Source of the DNA: Xanthomonas campestris pv. campestris str. ATCC 33913
GTDB taxonomy: Bacteria > Pseudomonadota > Gammaproteobacteria > Xanthomonadales > Xanthomonadaceae
Assembly: GCF_000007145.1 (NCBI RefSeq)
Contig: NC_003902.1
Coordinates: 340,325 to 372,324, forward strand
Direction: 5' to 3'
DNA: 32,000 nucleotides
Shown here: positions 1 to 9,035 of the stretch, piece by piece
Layout of the letters: every line of letters starts with the position of its first letter
Position numbering within the stretch: the stretch's first letter is position 1
Notes under the pieces: generated by a model
The model's database searches: none
What the model was told of the DNA's origin: nothing
Seen by the model: only the letters and a program-made list of their open reading frames with translations
Program-made: the position numbers and the translations under genes

Positions 1-2
1 CG

Positions 3-1970
3 CAGGCATCGGCGAGCGAAGAGGTCACCCGCGATTTCCGCATGCAGGTGCAGGAATGGAAAAATGTGCTGATCCGCGGCCGCGACCCGGCGCAGCTGGA
101 CAAGCACTTGAGTGCCTTCCGCGCGCAGGGCAGCAAGGTGCAGGCCGGTACCGAAGCGCTGACCAAGACCCTGTCGGATGCGCAGGCACGCGCGCTGGCG
201 CAGGAATTCGCCAAGGCGCATCTGACTCTGCAGGCGCATTACGAAGCCGCTTTGGGCAAGTTCGCCGATGCCGGCTATGACACCCAAGTGGGCGATGCGC
301 TGGTGAAGGGGCAGGACCGCGCGCCCAGCCAGGCCCTGGAGGCACTGGTGACCCGCGCCAAGACGCTGGCCGACGCCGCGGTGCTCGCCAGTGCCCAGGC
401 AGCGCAGCAGAAGCTGGTGTATGCCGGCGTGGCGACGATTGCCGCGGCGCTGTGCCTGGTGGTGGTGCTGGGTTGGTGGATCCGCCGCTCCATCGTGCGC
501 CCGATCGAAATCGTGGCGCGCGCGGCGCGTTCGGTGGCGGCCGGCGATCTGGCCGCACGTGCGGTGATCGGCAACCGCGATGAAATCGGCCTGCTGGGCC
601 AGGCCATGACCCAGGTGGTCAGCACGCTCGCCGATGTTTCCAGCGCGCAGGCCGACATGGCGCAGCGGCATGAAGCCGGCGAAATGAGCTACCGGATGGA
701 CGCCGACGCATTCCCGGGCGCCTACGGCCGCATGGTGGGCGACACCAACGGCCTGGTGGGTGCGCAGGTGGGCCTGATCGGCGACATGTTGCAGGTGATG
801 CAGCATTACGCGGTGGGCGACATGTCGGTGGACATGCCGCGTTTGCCGGGCGAAAAGGCGCGCATCACCGAAGCCATGGACACCACCAAGCACAACCTGG
901 CCGCCATCAACGGCGAAATCCGCGGGCTGGTCGAGGCCGCGGCAGCCGGCGACTTCGCCACGCGCGGCAATGCGCAGGCGTATCAGTTCGAATTCCGCGG
1001 CATGGTGGACGGCCTCAATGGTTTGATGCACAACGTGGACCACAACCTGGGCGAGCTGTCGCAGTTGCTCAAGGCCATTGCCGACGGCGACCTGACCGCG
1101 CGCATGCACGGCAACCAGCAAGGCGTGTTCGCGCGCATGCGTGACGATGCCAACGCCACCGTGCAGCGGCTCACCGACATCGTCGGCGACATCACGCTGG
1201 CGGCGCAGACCATCCGCACTGCTTCGGCGGAAATTGCCGCCGGCAATGCCGACCTGGCCCAACGCACCGAACAACAGGCAGCCAACCTGGAAGAAACGGC
1301 CGCCTCGATGGAGGAACTTACCTCGACCGTGCGGCAGAACGCCGACACCGCGCAGCAGGCCAGTCGCGGCGCGCAGGCGGCAGCCGACATCGCCGGCCGT
1401 GGCGGCGACATGGTGGGCAGCGTGGTGGAGACGATGGGCGAGATCGAAGTGTCGTCAAAGAAGATCGCCGAGATCATCAGCGTCATCGACGGCATCGCGT
1501 TCCAGACCAATATCCTGGCCCTGAACGCCGCGGTAGAAGCTGCGCGCGCCGGCGAGCAGGGCCGTGGATTTGCGGTAGTGGCCTCGGAAGTGCGTGCGCT
1601 GGCGCAGCGCTCGGCCGGTGCCGCCAAGGAGGTCAAGCACTTGATCGACGCCTCGGTCGACAGCGTCGAACGCGGCAGTGCACGGGTGGAGCAGGCCGGG
1701 CAGACCATGCAGCAGATCGTGCAGTCGGTGCAGCAGGTCACCACCTTGATCGCGGAGATTTCTGCGGCGTCGCGCGAGCAGTCGTCCGGCATCGAACAGG
1801 TGGCACGCACGGTCAACGACATGGACGAAACCACCCAGCGCAACGCCGCGCTGGTGGAAGAAGCCTCGGCCGCGGCACGTGCGATGGAAGAACAGGCCGT
1901 GGAACTGAGCGAAGCGGTCTCGGTGTTCCGCCTGGATGCACGTCGCCCGCGTCTGGTGGCGGCTGCCTGA
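3..1970 (+). CDS. methyl-accepting chemotaxis protein (4-helix-bundle sensor, TM, HAMP plus extra HAMP-like repeats, MCP signalling domain); 5' end cut by window edge
   Basis: The frame is open from nt 3, so the ATG at 42 is internal. TM segment VYAGVATIAAALCLVVVLGWWI is followed by a HAMP (RPIEIVARAARSVAAGDLAAR). The highly conserved MCP hairpin IAFQTNILALNAAVEAARAGEQGRGFAVVASEVRALAQRSA is present. Stop at 1968-1970. Confidence 0.9.
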   Translation, partial: QASASEEVTRDFRMQVQEWKNVLIRGRDPAQLDKHLSAFRAQGSKVQAGTEALTKTLSDAQARALAQEFAKAHLTLQAHYEAALGKFADAGYDTQVGDALVKGQDRAPSQALEALVTRAKTLADAAVLASAQAAQQKLVYAGVATIAAALCLVVVLGWWIRRSIVRPIEIVARAARSVAAGDLAARAVIGNRDEIGLLGQAMTQVVSTLADVSSAQADMAQRHEAGEMSYRMDADAFPGAYGRMVGDTNGLVGAQVGLIGDMLQVMQHYAVGDMSVDMPRLPGEKARITEAMDTTKHNLAAINGEIRGLVEAAAAGDFATRGNAQAYQFEFRGMVDGLNGLMHNVDHNLGELSQLLKAIADGDLTARMHGNQQGVFARMRDDANATVQRLTDIVGDITLAAQTIRTASAEIAAGNADLAQRTEQQAANLEETAASMEELTSTVRQNADTAQQASRGAQAAADIAGRGGDMVGSVVETMGEIEVSSKKIAEIISVIDGIAFQTNILALNAAVEAARAGEQGRGFAVVASEVRALAQRSAGAAKEVKHLIDASVDSVERGSARVEQAGQTMQQIVQSVQQVTTLIAEISAASREQSSGIEQVARTVNDMDETTQRNAALVEEASAAARAMEEQAVELSEAVSVFRLDARRPRLVAAA

Positions 1971-2277
1971 GCAAGCGCATCGACCTGGCGATGTGGCCGT
2001 GTCATCAGGCTGCATCGAGGTCATGCGTGTCGCAGCGTGGGTGCATTGCTCTCTTCTCGCACACTGCGATGCGTGCAGGGGCGGCGCACTGGCGTGCCGA
2101 GCTTCATCACCCGCAACGGCCGTTGCACGGCAGGTCGCGTTGGGGCGGCCGCGAGACGCCGTCAGCGGCGGTCAGAGGGGGCAACTGCTGCAAAGGAACC
2201 GGAACGTACGCGTCGTCCATGCCGGTTCCACGCACATGGCCGCCTGCCGGTTGAGCAGGCGTCTGCTGGTCGCGGGC

Positions 2278-2751
2278 TTACCCGGCTTCGCGCATGCGGG
2301 CGGTGAGGCCCTTGAGGAAGGCGCGTAGCAGTTGGTCGCCGCAGGGGCGGAAGTTCTTGTGGCCGGGTTGGCGGAACAGCGCCGACAGTTCCGGCTTGGA
2401 CAGCGGGAAACCGGCGTTGGCGAAAATGGAGTGCATGTCCACGTCCTTCAGTTCGAAGGCCACGCGCAGCTTCTTCAGCACCAGGTTGTTGCCGACGGGG
2501 GTTTCCAGCGGGCGCGGCGGCTGGCTTTCGTCGCGGCCGCGGAAGCGCAGCACCAGGCCATCCAGAAAGCGCGCCAGCATCGCATCGGTGCAGGGCTCGA
2601 AACCGGGCTCGTCTTCCTTCTTCAGCCAGGCCTGCACCTGCGGCTTGTCGAGCGCGAATGCGGGGTCGGCCAGCTGGGCGATCTCCACCACCTTGTCGTC
2701 GCTGAGGTCGAGCATGTAGCGGATGCTGCGCAGTACATCGTTGTGAATCAT
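2278..2751 (-). CDS. yehS: DUF1456 family protein (YehS-like)
   Basis: 157 aa. MIHNDVLRSIRYML...WLKKEDEPGF...NNLVLKKLRVAF...HKNFRPCGDQLLRAFLKGL aligns along its length with my recollection of E. coli YehS. Confidence 0.8.
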   Translation of the reverse strand: MIHNDVLRSIRYMLDLSDDKVVEIAQLADPAFALDKPQVQAWLKKEDEPGFEPCTDAMLARFLDGLVLRFRGRDESQPPRPLETPVGNNLVLKKLRVAFELKDVDMHSIFANAGFPLSKPELSALFRQPGHKNFRPCGDQLLRAFLKGLTARMREAG

Positions 2752-2836
2752 GGCGGTTCCGGAGCTCCGGCGCGGTGCCGGAAAGCGGCCATTCTACGGG
2801 CGCGCGGTGAAACCGGGCGTGTGGTCGGTGCCGCTT

Positions 2837-2864
2837 GCGCCGGTGACGCGGCCCACACCGGCGC
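2837..2864 (-). terminator. candidate stem-loop at the 3' end of the ureide operon
   Basis: GCGCCGGTG-N10-CACCGGCGC (9-bp perfect stem) begins 4 nt after the uraH stop. There is no U-tract, so intrinsic-terminator function is uncertain. Confidence 0.35.
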
Positions 2865-2867
2865 AGA

Positions 2868-3200
2868 TCAGCTGCCGCGATAGGTGGAATAGCCGTACGG
2901 CGACAGCAGCAGCGGCACGTGGTAATGGCCATGCTCGCCTAGGTTGAAGACGATCGGCACCATCTCCAGGAACGGCGGGTCGGCCAGCGCGGTGCCGCTG
3001 GCCTGCCAGTAGCCGGCCACGTCGAACTCCAGCCGGTAGCGGCCCCTTGCCAGATGCAACGTGGCCAGGGCCGGGCAGCGCCCGTCGGCATCGGTGGCCG
3101 CCTCCAGGCACAGGGTGTCGCCGGCGAACAGGCGCAGCGTGACGCCCGCAGCCGGGCGGCCGGCGGCGGTGTCGAGCACATGGGTGGAGAGCGTGCTCAT
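2868..3200 (-). CDS. uraH: 5-hydroxyisourate hydrolase (transthyretin-like)
   Basis: 110 aa from ATG 3200 (MSTLSTHVLDTAAGRPAAG...). Ends in the family signature ...HYHVPLLLSPYGYSTYRGS. Its ATG overlaps the upstream stop as ATGA, which favours 3200 over the longer ORF start at 3227. Confidence 0.9.
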   Translation of the reverse strand: MSTLSTHVLDTAAGRPAAGVTLRLFAGDTLCLEAATDADGRCPALATLHLARGRYRLEFDVAGYWQASGTALADPPFLEMVPIVFNLGEHGHYHVPLLLSPYGYSTYRGS

Positions 3201-4618
3201 GCCACCGCCTGCGTGGGCTGTGGCCATTGGCCGACGAATTCGGCCTGGTCGTAGCCCAGGTAGGCCTCGACCATGGCCTGGCGGTCGTCCAGGAACAGCT
3301 GATCGGCCACCGCCCGTGCCAGCCGCGGCAGCGCCACTTTCAGCCCCGATAACGCCGCTGCAGACAAGCCGTGGTTGATCAGCGCCGAATAGTTGAAGGC
3401 GAACAGCCCGTCCACCGCGGCGGCATCGTCGGGCGTGCGGGGCAGTAGCTCGAATCCAGGGCCCAGGTAGGGGTGCGCGTCCAGCACCGGATTGGCCTGG
3501 CCGGGCGGGGCCTGGTAGCGGTCGGCCCAGCAGGCGATGCGCCCGGACAGCGCGGCCAGCTCCGGGCGCAGCCGCGGGTCGGTGACCAGGCCGGTGGCGA
3601 TGGCCAGGAAGTCGAAACGGTGCTCGCCCTGCGGGGTGCGCACCACCACCACGTCATTGTGTTCTTCCACGCCCAGCCATGGCGCGTCCAGGTGCAGCGC
3701 AAAACCGGCATGCGCGCAGGCACGCTGGAAGGTGTCGTTGGTGGGCGGTTGGTTGCGGCCGAAGAAGCTGGCCATCATGCGGTACTTGTCGGCGTCGGGC
3801 AGGGCGGCGAAGCGTGGAATGATGCCGGCCTGTTCCATGTGGCGGATCGGGTTGACCCGCGGCAGCGCGGCGCGGCGCACGAACACCTCCGCACGCGCCA
3901 CGCCCTGGTCCAGCGCGAAGCAGGCGTTGTCGAACGCCGAGGCGCCGCCGCCCAGGATGCCCACGCGCTTGCCGGCCAATGCGGCGTAATCGATGGGGCC
4001 GGAAGTATGCGCGTAGCGCTGCGCCGGCAGGGCCTGGGTGATCCACTCAGGCACCTGCCATTGGCCGCCGCCCTGGATGCCGGTGGCCAGGATGATCTTG
4101 CGCGCCATCAGCGGCGCGCCCATCGCCAGGTGCAGGCGATGGATGCCGGGCGCGGCGTCTGGCTCGATGCGCACCAGCTGGGTGGCATTGCGCACCGGCA
4201 GCCGCAGCGCCGCGCGGTACCAGCGCAGGTAGTCCATCCAGGTGCCGCGCGGAATCTTGTCCAGCGCGTCCCAGCCGGCGGCGCCGTGCTGCGCCTCCCA
4301 CCAGGCGCGGAAGGTGAGCGTGGGCACGCCCAGGTCGATCGAAGTGATCTGCTTGGGCGTGCGCAGCGTCTGCATGCGTGCGTAGGTGACCCAGGGGCCC
4401 TCCTGCCCGGGCGGGTTTTCGTCGATCACCAACACGTTATGCACGCGCTCGCGTTGCAGGGCGAAGGCCGCGCCCAGGCCGCTCTGCCCGGCGCCGACGA
4501 TGACCACGTCGTACACATGGCCGGCCGGATGCACGCGCGGGCGCACCCAGGGTTCGCCGCCGTGGGCGAGGCGTTGCAGGTCGTGTTGCAGCGCGTGTTC
4601 GAGTTGAGCCAGGCTCAT
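3197..4618 (-). CDS. hpyO: FAD/NAD(P)-binding flavoprotein monooxygenase, probable HpyO-type urate hydroxylase
   Basis: 473 aa from ATG 4618. Two dinucleotide-binding motifs: VVIVGAGQSGLGAAF and VGILGGGASAFDNA. It lies between uraD and uraH with ATGA coupling on both sides. Xanthomonad urate clusters are known to use HpyO in place of uricase or HpxO. The 730-aa ORF in the track is an upstream run-on. Confidence 0.7.
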   Translation of the reverse strand: MSLAQLEHALQHDLQRLAHGGEPWVRPRVHPAGHVYDVVIVGAGQSGLGAAFALQRERVHNVLVIDENPPGQEGPWVTYARMQTLRTPKQITSIDLGVPTLTFRAWWEAQHGAAGWDALDKIPRGTWMDYLRWYRAALRLPVRNATQLVRIEPDAAPGIHRLHLAMGAPLMARKIILATGIQGGGQWQVPEWITQALPAQRYAHTSGPIDYAALAGKRVGILGGGASAFDNACFALDQGVARAEVFVRRAALPRVNPIRHMEQAGIIPRFAALPDADKYRMMASFFGRNQPPTNDTFQRACAHAGFALHLDAPWLGVEEHNDVVVVRTPQGEHRFDFLAIATGLVTDPRLRPELAALSGRIACWADRYQAPPGQANPVLDAHPYLGPGFELLPRTPDDAAAVDGLFAFNYSALINHGLSAAALSGLKVALPRLARAVADQLFLDDRQAMVEAYLGYDQAEFVGQWPQPTQAVA

Positions 4619-5106
4619 GGCAATGCCTCCAGGCGCAGGTGCACGATCTTGCCGATCTCGGCGAGGGCGGTGGCGATTTCGTCGTTGCGTGGTGCGTCCA
4701 GGCGACGCTGCAGTTCGGCCAGGATCCCGGCCTTGTCCTGCAAGCGCACGCAGATCACGAAGGGGAATCCAAAGCGCTGCCGGTAGGCATGGTTGAGTGC
4801 GTGAAAGCGGTGGAATTCGTCTTCGTCGAGCCGGTCCAGGCCGGCCGAGGCCTGCTCGGCGGCGGAGGCGGCGGTGAGGGTGCGGTCGATTGCGGCCTTG
4901 CCGGCCAGTTCCGGATGCGCGCGGATCAGCGCCAGCTGATCGTCGGGTGAGGCGTCGTACACCACCTGCATCAATCCGCCAAACACATCGTCGAACGGGC
5001 GGCGGCGCGCAGCGCGTTCGACCACCCACGGCGAATGCTCGAACAGCGCGCGGTAGCGCGCCACGAAGGCGGCGGTGTCCAGCGCGTTGGCATCGATCAC
5101 GCTCAT
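4615..5106 (-). CDS. uraD: 2-oxo-4-hydroxy-4-carboxy-5-ureidoimidazoline (OHCU) decarboxylase
   Basis: 163 aa. ...LFEHSPWVVERAA...LIRAHPELAGK...EQASAGLD...FHALNHAYRQRFGFPFVICVR matches the OHCU decarboxylase family. ATGA overlaps at both ends. Confidence 0.9.
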   Translation of the reverse strand: MSVIDANALDTAAFVARYRALFEHSPWVVERAARRRPFDDVFGGLMQVVYDASPDDQLALIRAHPELAGKAAIDRTLTAASAAEQASAGLDRLDEDEFHRFHALNHAYRQRFGFPFVICVRLQDKAGILAELQRRLDAPRNDEIATALAEIGKIVHLRLEALP

Positions 5107-5498
5107 GCGTGGCTGCCTTGCAGCGAGACGTGCGCAGCCACCACTTTCCAGCCATCGGTAAAGCGCACCCAGGTCTGGCTCTGGCGGCCGTGCGCGGTGC
5201 TGCCCTCGCGCACGAATTCCGCATGCGTGGTGGCAAGATCCTGGCCGAAGCCGTGCACCGCAACGTGCACGAGCTGGCGCTGCGGCGAGCCGCCACGACC
5301 GATGCGAAATGCACGGATCGCCTCGCTGCCGTACAGCACTTCGCCCACGCCATAGCGCACTGTGCTTGGCGCGGCATGGAACAGCGCATCCATCGCGGCG
5401 ATATCGTCGTGCATCAAGGCGTGCTCATACGCATGGAATGCCGCGGTGACCTCGGCGATCACCTCCGGCAGATCGATGCTGGCCGTGTCGATGCTCAT
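5103..5498 (-). CDS. hpxZ: NTF2-fold AtzH-like / oxalurate catabolism protein HpxZ-like (DUF3225)
   Basis: 131 aa from ATG 5498. YEHALMHDDIAAMDALF...STVRYGVGEVLYGSEAIRAFR...GRQSQTWVRFTDGWKVVAAHVS matches remembered AtzH-like/HpxZ motifs. ATGA-coupled on both sides. Confidence 0.75.
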   Translation of the reverse strand: MSIDTASIDLPEVIAEVTAAFHAYEHALMHDDIAAMDALFHAAPSTVRYGVGEVLYGSEAIRAFRIGRGGSPQRQLVHVAVHGFGQDLATTHAEFVREGSTAHGRQSQTWVRFTDGWKVVAAHVSLQGSHA

Positions 5499-6385
5499 GC
5501 CGGGTGCACCTGTAGCCAGTGACGCGCGATGTCGATGCGGCGTGCAACCCAGGCATCGCCACTGGCCAGCACGTGATCGACAAAACGTGCCAGCGCTGCG
5601 GCACGCGCCGGCTTGCCGACGATGCGCCCGTGCAGGCCGATGGAGAGCATGCGCCCGCCTTCGCTGCGCAGCTGTTCGAAGCTGTCGTGCAGATAGCGGA
5701 AGAACGGCTCGCCATCGGCAAAACCATTGTAGGCGACGAATTTCATGTCGTTGACATCGAGCGTGTACGGCACGATCAGCTGCGCACGGCCGTGGCGCCG
5801 GTCGTAGTACGGCACGTCGTCGGCATAGCTGTCGGCGTCGTAGACGAAGCCGCCTTCCTCGGCCACCAGACGCGCGGTATTGGGGCTGGTGCGGCCTTGA
5901 TACCAACCAAGCGGGCGGCTGCCGGTGACTTGCGTATGCAGGGCGATGGCCTCGGCCAGATGCGCGCGTTCGGTGGCTGCATCCACGTGCTGGTAGTCGA
6001 TCCAGCGCAACCCATGGCTGGCGATTTCCCAGTCGGCCGATTGCATCGCCGCCACCGCCTCGGGATTGGCGGCGAGCGCGGTGGCGACACCGAACACGGT
6101 GACCGGCACGCCGCGCGCGCTGAACAGCCGATGCAGCCGCCAGAACCCGGCGCGGCTGCCGTATTCGTACAGGCTTTCCATCGCCATGGCGCGTGCGCCC
6201 GGATGCGACGGCGCGCCGACCATTTCCGACAGGAACGCTTCCGAACCGGCATCGCCGTTGAGCACGCAGTTTTCCGCGCCCTCTTCGTAGTTGATGACGA
6301 ACTGCACCGCGATGCGCGCGCCACCTGGCCATTGCGCCGGCGGCGGCGTGGCGCCATAACCGACCAGGTCGCGCGCCGTACTCAT
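5495..6385 (-). CDS. puuE: allantoinase PuuE (polysaccharide-deacetylase family)
   Basis: 296 aa from ATG 6385 (MSTARDLVGYG...). RIAVQFVINYEEGAENCVLNGD...YEYGSRAGFWR...WEIASHGLRWIDY...LSIGLHGRIVGKPAR is typical of PuuE. Confidence 0.9.
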   Translation of the reverse strand: MSTARDLVGYGATPPPAQWPGGARIAVQFVINYEEGAENCVLNGDAGSEAFLSEMVGAPSHPGARAMAMESLYEYGSRAGFWRLHRLFSARGVPVTVFGVATALAANPEAVAAMQSADWEIASHGLRWIDYQHVDAATERAHLAEAIALHTQVTGSRPLGWYQGRTSPNTARLVAEEGGFVYDADSYADDVPYYDRRHGRAQLIVPYTLDVNDMKFVAYNGFADGEPFFRYLHDSFEQLRSEGGRMLSIGLHGRIVGKPARAAALARFVDHVLASGDAWVARRIDIARHWLQVHPA

Positions 6386-7638
6386 GCAGCCGGCTCCGCA
6401 TGCCAGGCGGCGCGTGCGGCTTCGACCGCCAGGCCTTGGGTGCACGCGTAGCCCTCGGCGCGCAGCACCGCTTCCAGTGCGGCCAGGGTGAGCAGCACCT
6501 TGTGCTTCATCGCGTTGTAGCCCATCGCACCGATGCGCCAGATCCTGCCTTGCAGCGGGCCGAACGCGGTGCCGATCTCGATTTCGAAATCCTCGCGCAT
6601 GCGCCGCCGCACTGCTTCACTGTCGACGCCGTGCGGGATCACCACGCCGGTGACATTGCTCATGCGGTGCGCATCGTCGCCGAACACCTCCAGCCCCAGT
6701 GCGCGCACGCCGGCGCTGACCGCGCGGCCGGCAGCCGCATGCCGGGCGTAGCGCGCCTCCAGGCCTTCCTGCAAGGCCACGCGTGCGCATTCGCGCGCGC
6801 CGTACAGCATGGTGGTGGCTTCGGTGTGGTGATTGAGGCGCTTGTCGGACCAGTAATCCATGATCATCGCCAGGTCGAAATAATTCGAGGCGATGCGTGG
6901 GCCGCTGCCGTTGGCGATGTCCTCGCGCACGATGCCGCGTTCGACATGCCGCCGCGCAAAGATCGCCTCCGCTGCCGCGGCAGAGACAGTGATCGGCGCC
7001 GAGCCGGACGGCCCGCCCAGGCATTTCTGCAGCCCCGCGGTGACCACGTCCACCTCCCAGCGGTCGCTGGCGATGTCCATGCCGCCGATGGTGGCTGTGG
7101 CGTCTACGTAACTCAGCGCGCCGGCCGCCCGGCATAGCGCGCCTAGGCCATCGAGCGGCTGCGCCATGGTGGTGGAGGTGTCGCCGTGCACGGTGGCCAC
7201 CAGCTTGGGTGCCACGCTTGCGATCGCCTCGGCAATCGCCGCCAGCGGCACCACCTCGCCCCACGGCGCATCCACGGTGTGGACGTCGGCGCCGAGCCGG
7301 CCAAGGATTTCGGTCAGCAACAAACCGAAGCGGCCGAAGTTGATCACCAGCACACGGTCGCCCGGCTGCACCAGCGACACCAGCGCGGCTTCGATGCCGG
7401 CGCGCGCCGTGCCATCGACCAGAAAGGTCCAGCGGTTCTGGGTGCCGAACAAGGGGCGGTACAGCGCCATCACCTCGTTCATGTAGGTGGTCATTTCCGG
7501 GTCGAACTGGCCAAGCAGGTCGGCCGCCATCGCACGCAGCACGCGTGGATGCGCATTGACCGGGCCGGGGCCCATCAACAGGCGTTGCGGCGGATCCAGT
7601 TCGCCGAAGGTGTGCAGGTGGCGCAGGTCAGGTGCCAA
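6382..7638 (-). CDS. pucG: class V aminotransferase, (S)-ureidoglycine--glyoxylate aminotransferase-like (PucG/HpxJ family)
   Basis: LLMGPGPVNAHPRVLRAM N-terminal motif and the AGXT-family body (VDATATIGG..., QKCLGGPSG). The start taken is TTG 7638, which overlaps the allC stop by 11 nt. The first in-frame ATG (7575) would remove residues conserved upstream of LLMGPGP. Confidence 0.8.
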   Translation of the reverse strand: MAPDLRHLHTFGELDPPQRLLMGPGPVNAHPRVLRAMAADLLGQFDPEMTTYMNEVMALYRPLFGTQNRWTFLVDGTARAGIEAALVSLVQPGDRVLVINFGRFGLLLTEILGRLGADVHTVDAPWGEVVPLAAIAEAIASVAPKLVATVHGDTSTTMAQPLDGLGALCRAAGALSYVDATATIGGMDIASDRWEVDVVTAGLQKCLGGPSGSAPITVSAAAAEAIFARRHVERGIVREDIANGSGPRIASNYFDLAMIMDYWSDKRLNHHTEATTMLYGARECARVALQEGLEARYARHAAAGRAVSAGVRALGLEVFGDDAHRMSNVTGVVIPHGVDSEAVRRRMREDFEIEIGTAFGPLQGRIWRIGAMGYNAMKHKVLLTLAALEAVLRAEGYACTQGLAVEAARAAWHAEPAA

Positions 7639-8899
7639 TGGGAGCTCCGAAGTGTTCGATGAAATGGCGCATCACCGCCAGGGCGACCTCGGCATCGGCC
7701 GGGTCGACGTGTTCGTCCGGATGATGGCTGATGCCGCCGGCGCAGCGCACGAACAGCATCGCGGTGGGGCAGAGCGCCGCCATCACCATGGCGTCGTGCC
7801 CGGCGCCGGAGACCAGCGGCCGTGGTGTGATGCCTTGCGCGGCGACCGCTTGCGTCAGGCGGGCGATCAATGCCGGCGCGCAGGGGCTGGCCGCCAGCGC
7901 CTGCAGCGGCTCGACGGCGATGGCAACCCCGCGCGCGGCAACCACCTGCTCCAGGGCGCGTTCGATCTGCGCCACTGCAGCGTCGCGGCGGTGGTCATCG
8001 CCGGCGCGCACGTCCAGCGTGCAGTCCACGCGGCCGGGCACCACGTTGATGGCGCCGGGGGCGACCTCCAGCTTGCCAACGGTGGCAACCAGATCGTCGC
8101 CGCCACTGCGCGCAATCTGCTCGATCATCAGCAGCGCTTCGGCGGCCGCGCTCAAGGCATCGCGGCGCAGCGCCATGGTGGTGGTGCCGGCGTGGCCGGC
8201 GCGGCCGTCGAAGCGCAGCCGAAAGCGCCGTTGCGCGGCGATGCCGGTGACGATGCCAACCGGCAGCTGCGCGACTTCCAGCACCGGGCCTTGTTCGATA
8301 TGCGTTTCCAGATACGCCAGCACGCTGCCCGGCACGCGCGCGGCTTCATGTAGACGTGCGGCGTCCAGGCCCCACGCGGCCAGCGCGGTGGCCACGTCGA
8401 CGCCGTCTGGATCGCGCACGGCCAGGGCGGCCGCATCCAGCGTGCCGGCCACCGCGCGGCTACAGAACATCGATGCCGGAAAGCGCGAGCCTTCTTCATC
8501 GCCGAACCCAACGACTTCGATCGCAAACGGCAGCCGGCGCCCTTGTGCGTGCAGCGCGGCCACGCATTCGATGCCGAGCAGCACGCCCAGCGGGCCGTCA
8601 TAGCGCCCGGCCGCGCGCACGCTGTCCAGGTGGCTGCCGATCAACAGCGCCGGTGCGTGCGCATGCGCGCCTTCGTAGCGCCCGACCAGATTGGCGGCCG
8701 CATCCAGGCGCACCTGCATGCCGGCCTGGCGCATCCACGCGCCCACCTGCTCGGTGGTGGCGCGATGCGCCGGGCTGAGCCAGCTGCGGAACAGACCGGT
8801 GGGGGTGTCGCTGAAGGGCGCCACGCCCAGCGCATCACAGCGCGCCACGGCCCGTGCGCCGGAGGCAACGGGGGCGTTGCTGGCTACCGCACTCAGCAT
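7628..8899 (-). CDS. allC: allantoate amidohydrolase (M20 Zn-hydrolase, AllC family)
   Basis: 423 aa from ATG 8899. GSHLDSV, GFGDEEGSRF, GHAGTTTM and SGAGHDAM motifs of the M20 amidase/carbamoylase family. The 522-aa ORF in the track is a 5' run-on into the promoter region. Confidence 0.85.
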   Translation of the reverse strand: MLSAVASNAPVASGARAVARCDALGVAPFSDTPTGLFRSWLSPAHRATTEQVGAWMRQAGMQVRLDAAANLVGRYEGAHAHAPALLIGSHLDSVRAAGRYDGPLGVLLGIECVAALHAQGRRLPFAIEVVGFGDEEGSRFPASMFCSRAVAGTLDAAALAVRDPDGVDVATALAAWGLDAARLHEAARVPGSVLAYLETHIEQGPVLEVAQLPVGIVTGIAAQRRFRLRFDGRAGHAGTTTMALRRDALSAAAEALLMIEQIARSGGDDLVATVGKLEVAPGAINVVPGRVDCTLDVRAGDDHRRDAAVAQIERALEQVVAARGVAIAVEPLQALAASPCAPALIARLTQAVAAQGITPRPLVSGAGHDAMVMAALCPTAMLFVRCAGGISHHPDEHVDPADAEVALAVMRHFIEHFGAPIGT

Positions 8900-9035
8900 G
8901 CGGTGATCCGGCAGTGGTGGGACAGGGCAAACGCAGCGGTGGGCTGGGGCATGTCTGCGTGCTCGATGTCGTGGCCCGTGTTGCGGGGCGGGAGGGGCGT
9001 CTCGACTATACGAACGTCGTCGTGTCGCCCCAAAG

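Noticed and set aside
983-2005. Large antisense ORFs opposite the MCP; likewise 3473-4786, 5519-6451, 7487-8603, 12276-13367, 16415-17665, 17584-18354, 19145-20038, 20129-21661, 21782-22501 and 28818-30521
   Set aside because: Each lies opposite a CDS with strong family motifs, and none shows motifs of its own. They are GC-rich shadow frames.
1971-2277. Possible small gene or terminator between the convergent MCP and yehS-like genes (stem GGAACCGG-N19-CCGGTTCC around 2195-2230)
   Set aside because: The ORFs here are short, overlapping and featureless. The stem has a long loop and no U-tract, so the evidence is insufficient for a feature call.
3197-5389. 730-aa ORF, and the similar long forms 5103-6401, 7628-9196, 8543-10105, 13737-15377, 15416-18439 and 28865-30253
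   Set aside because: Their N-terminal parts are Arg/Pro/Ala-rich run-ons through neighbouring genes in another frame. Homology to known families begins at internal ATG/TTG codons that coincide with the upstream gene's stop, so the shorter coordinates were used.
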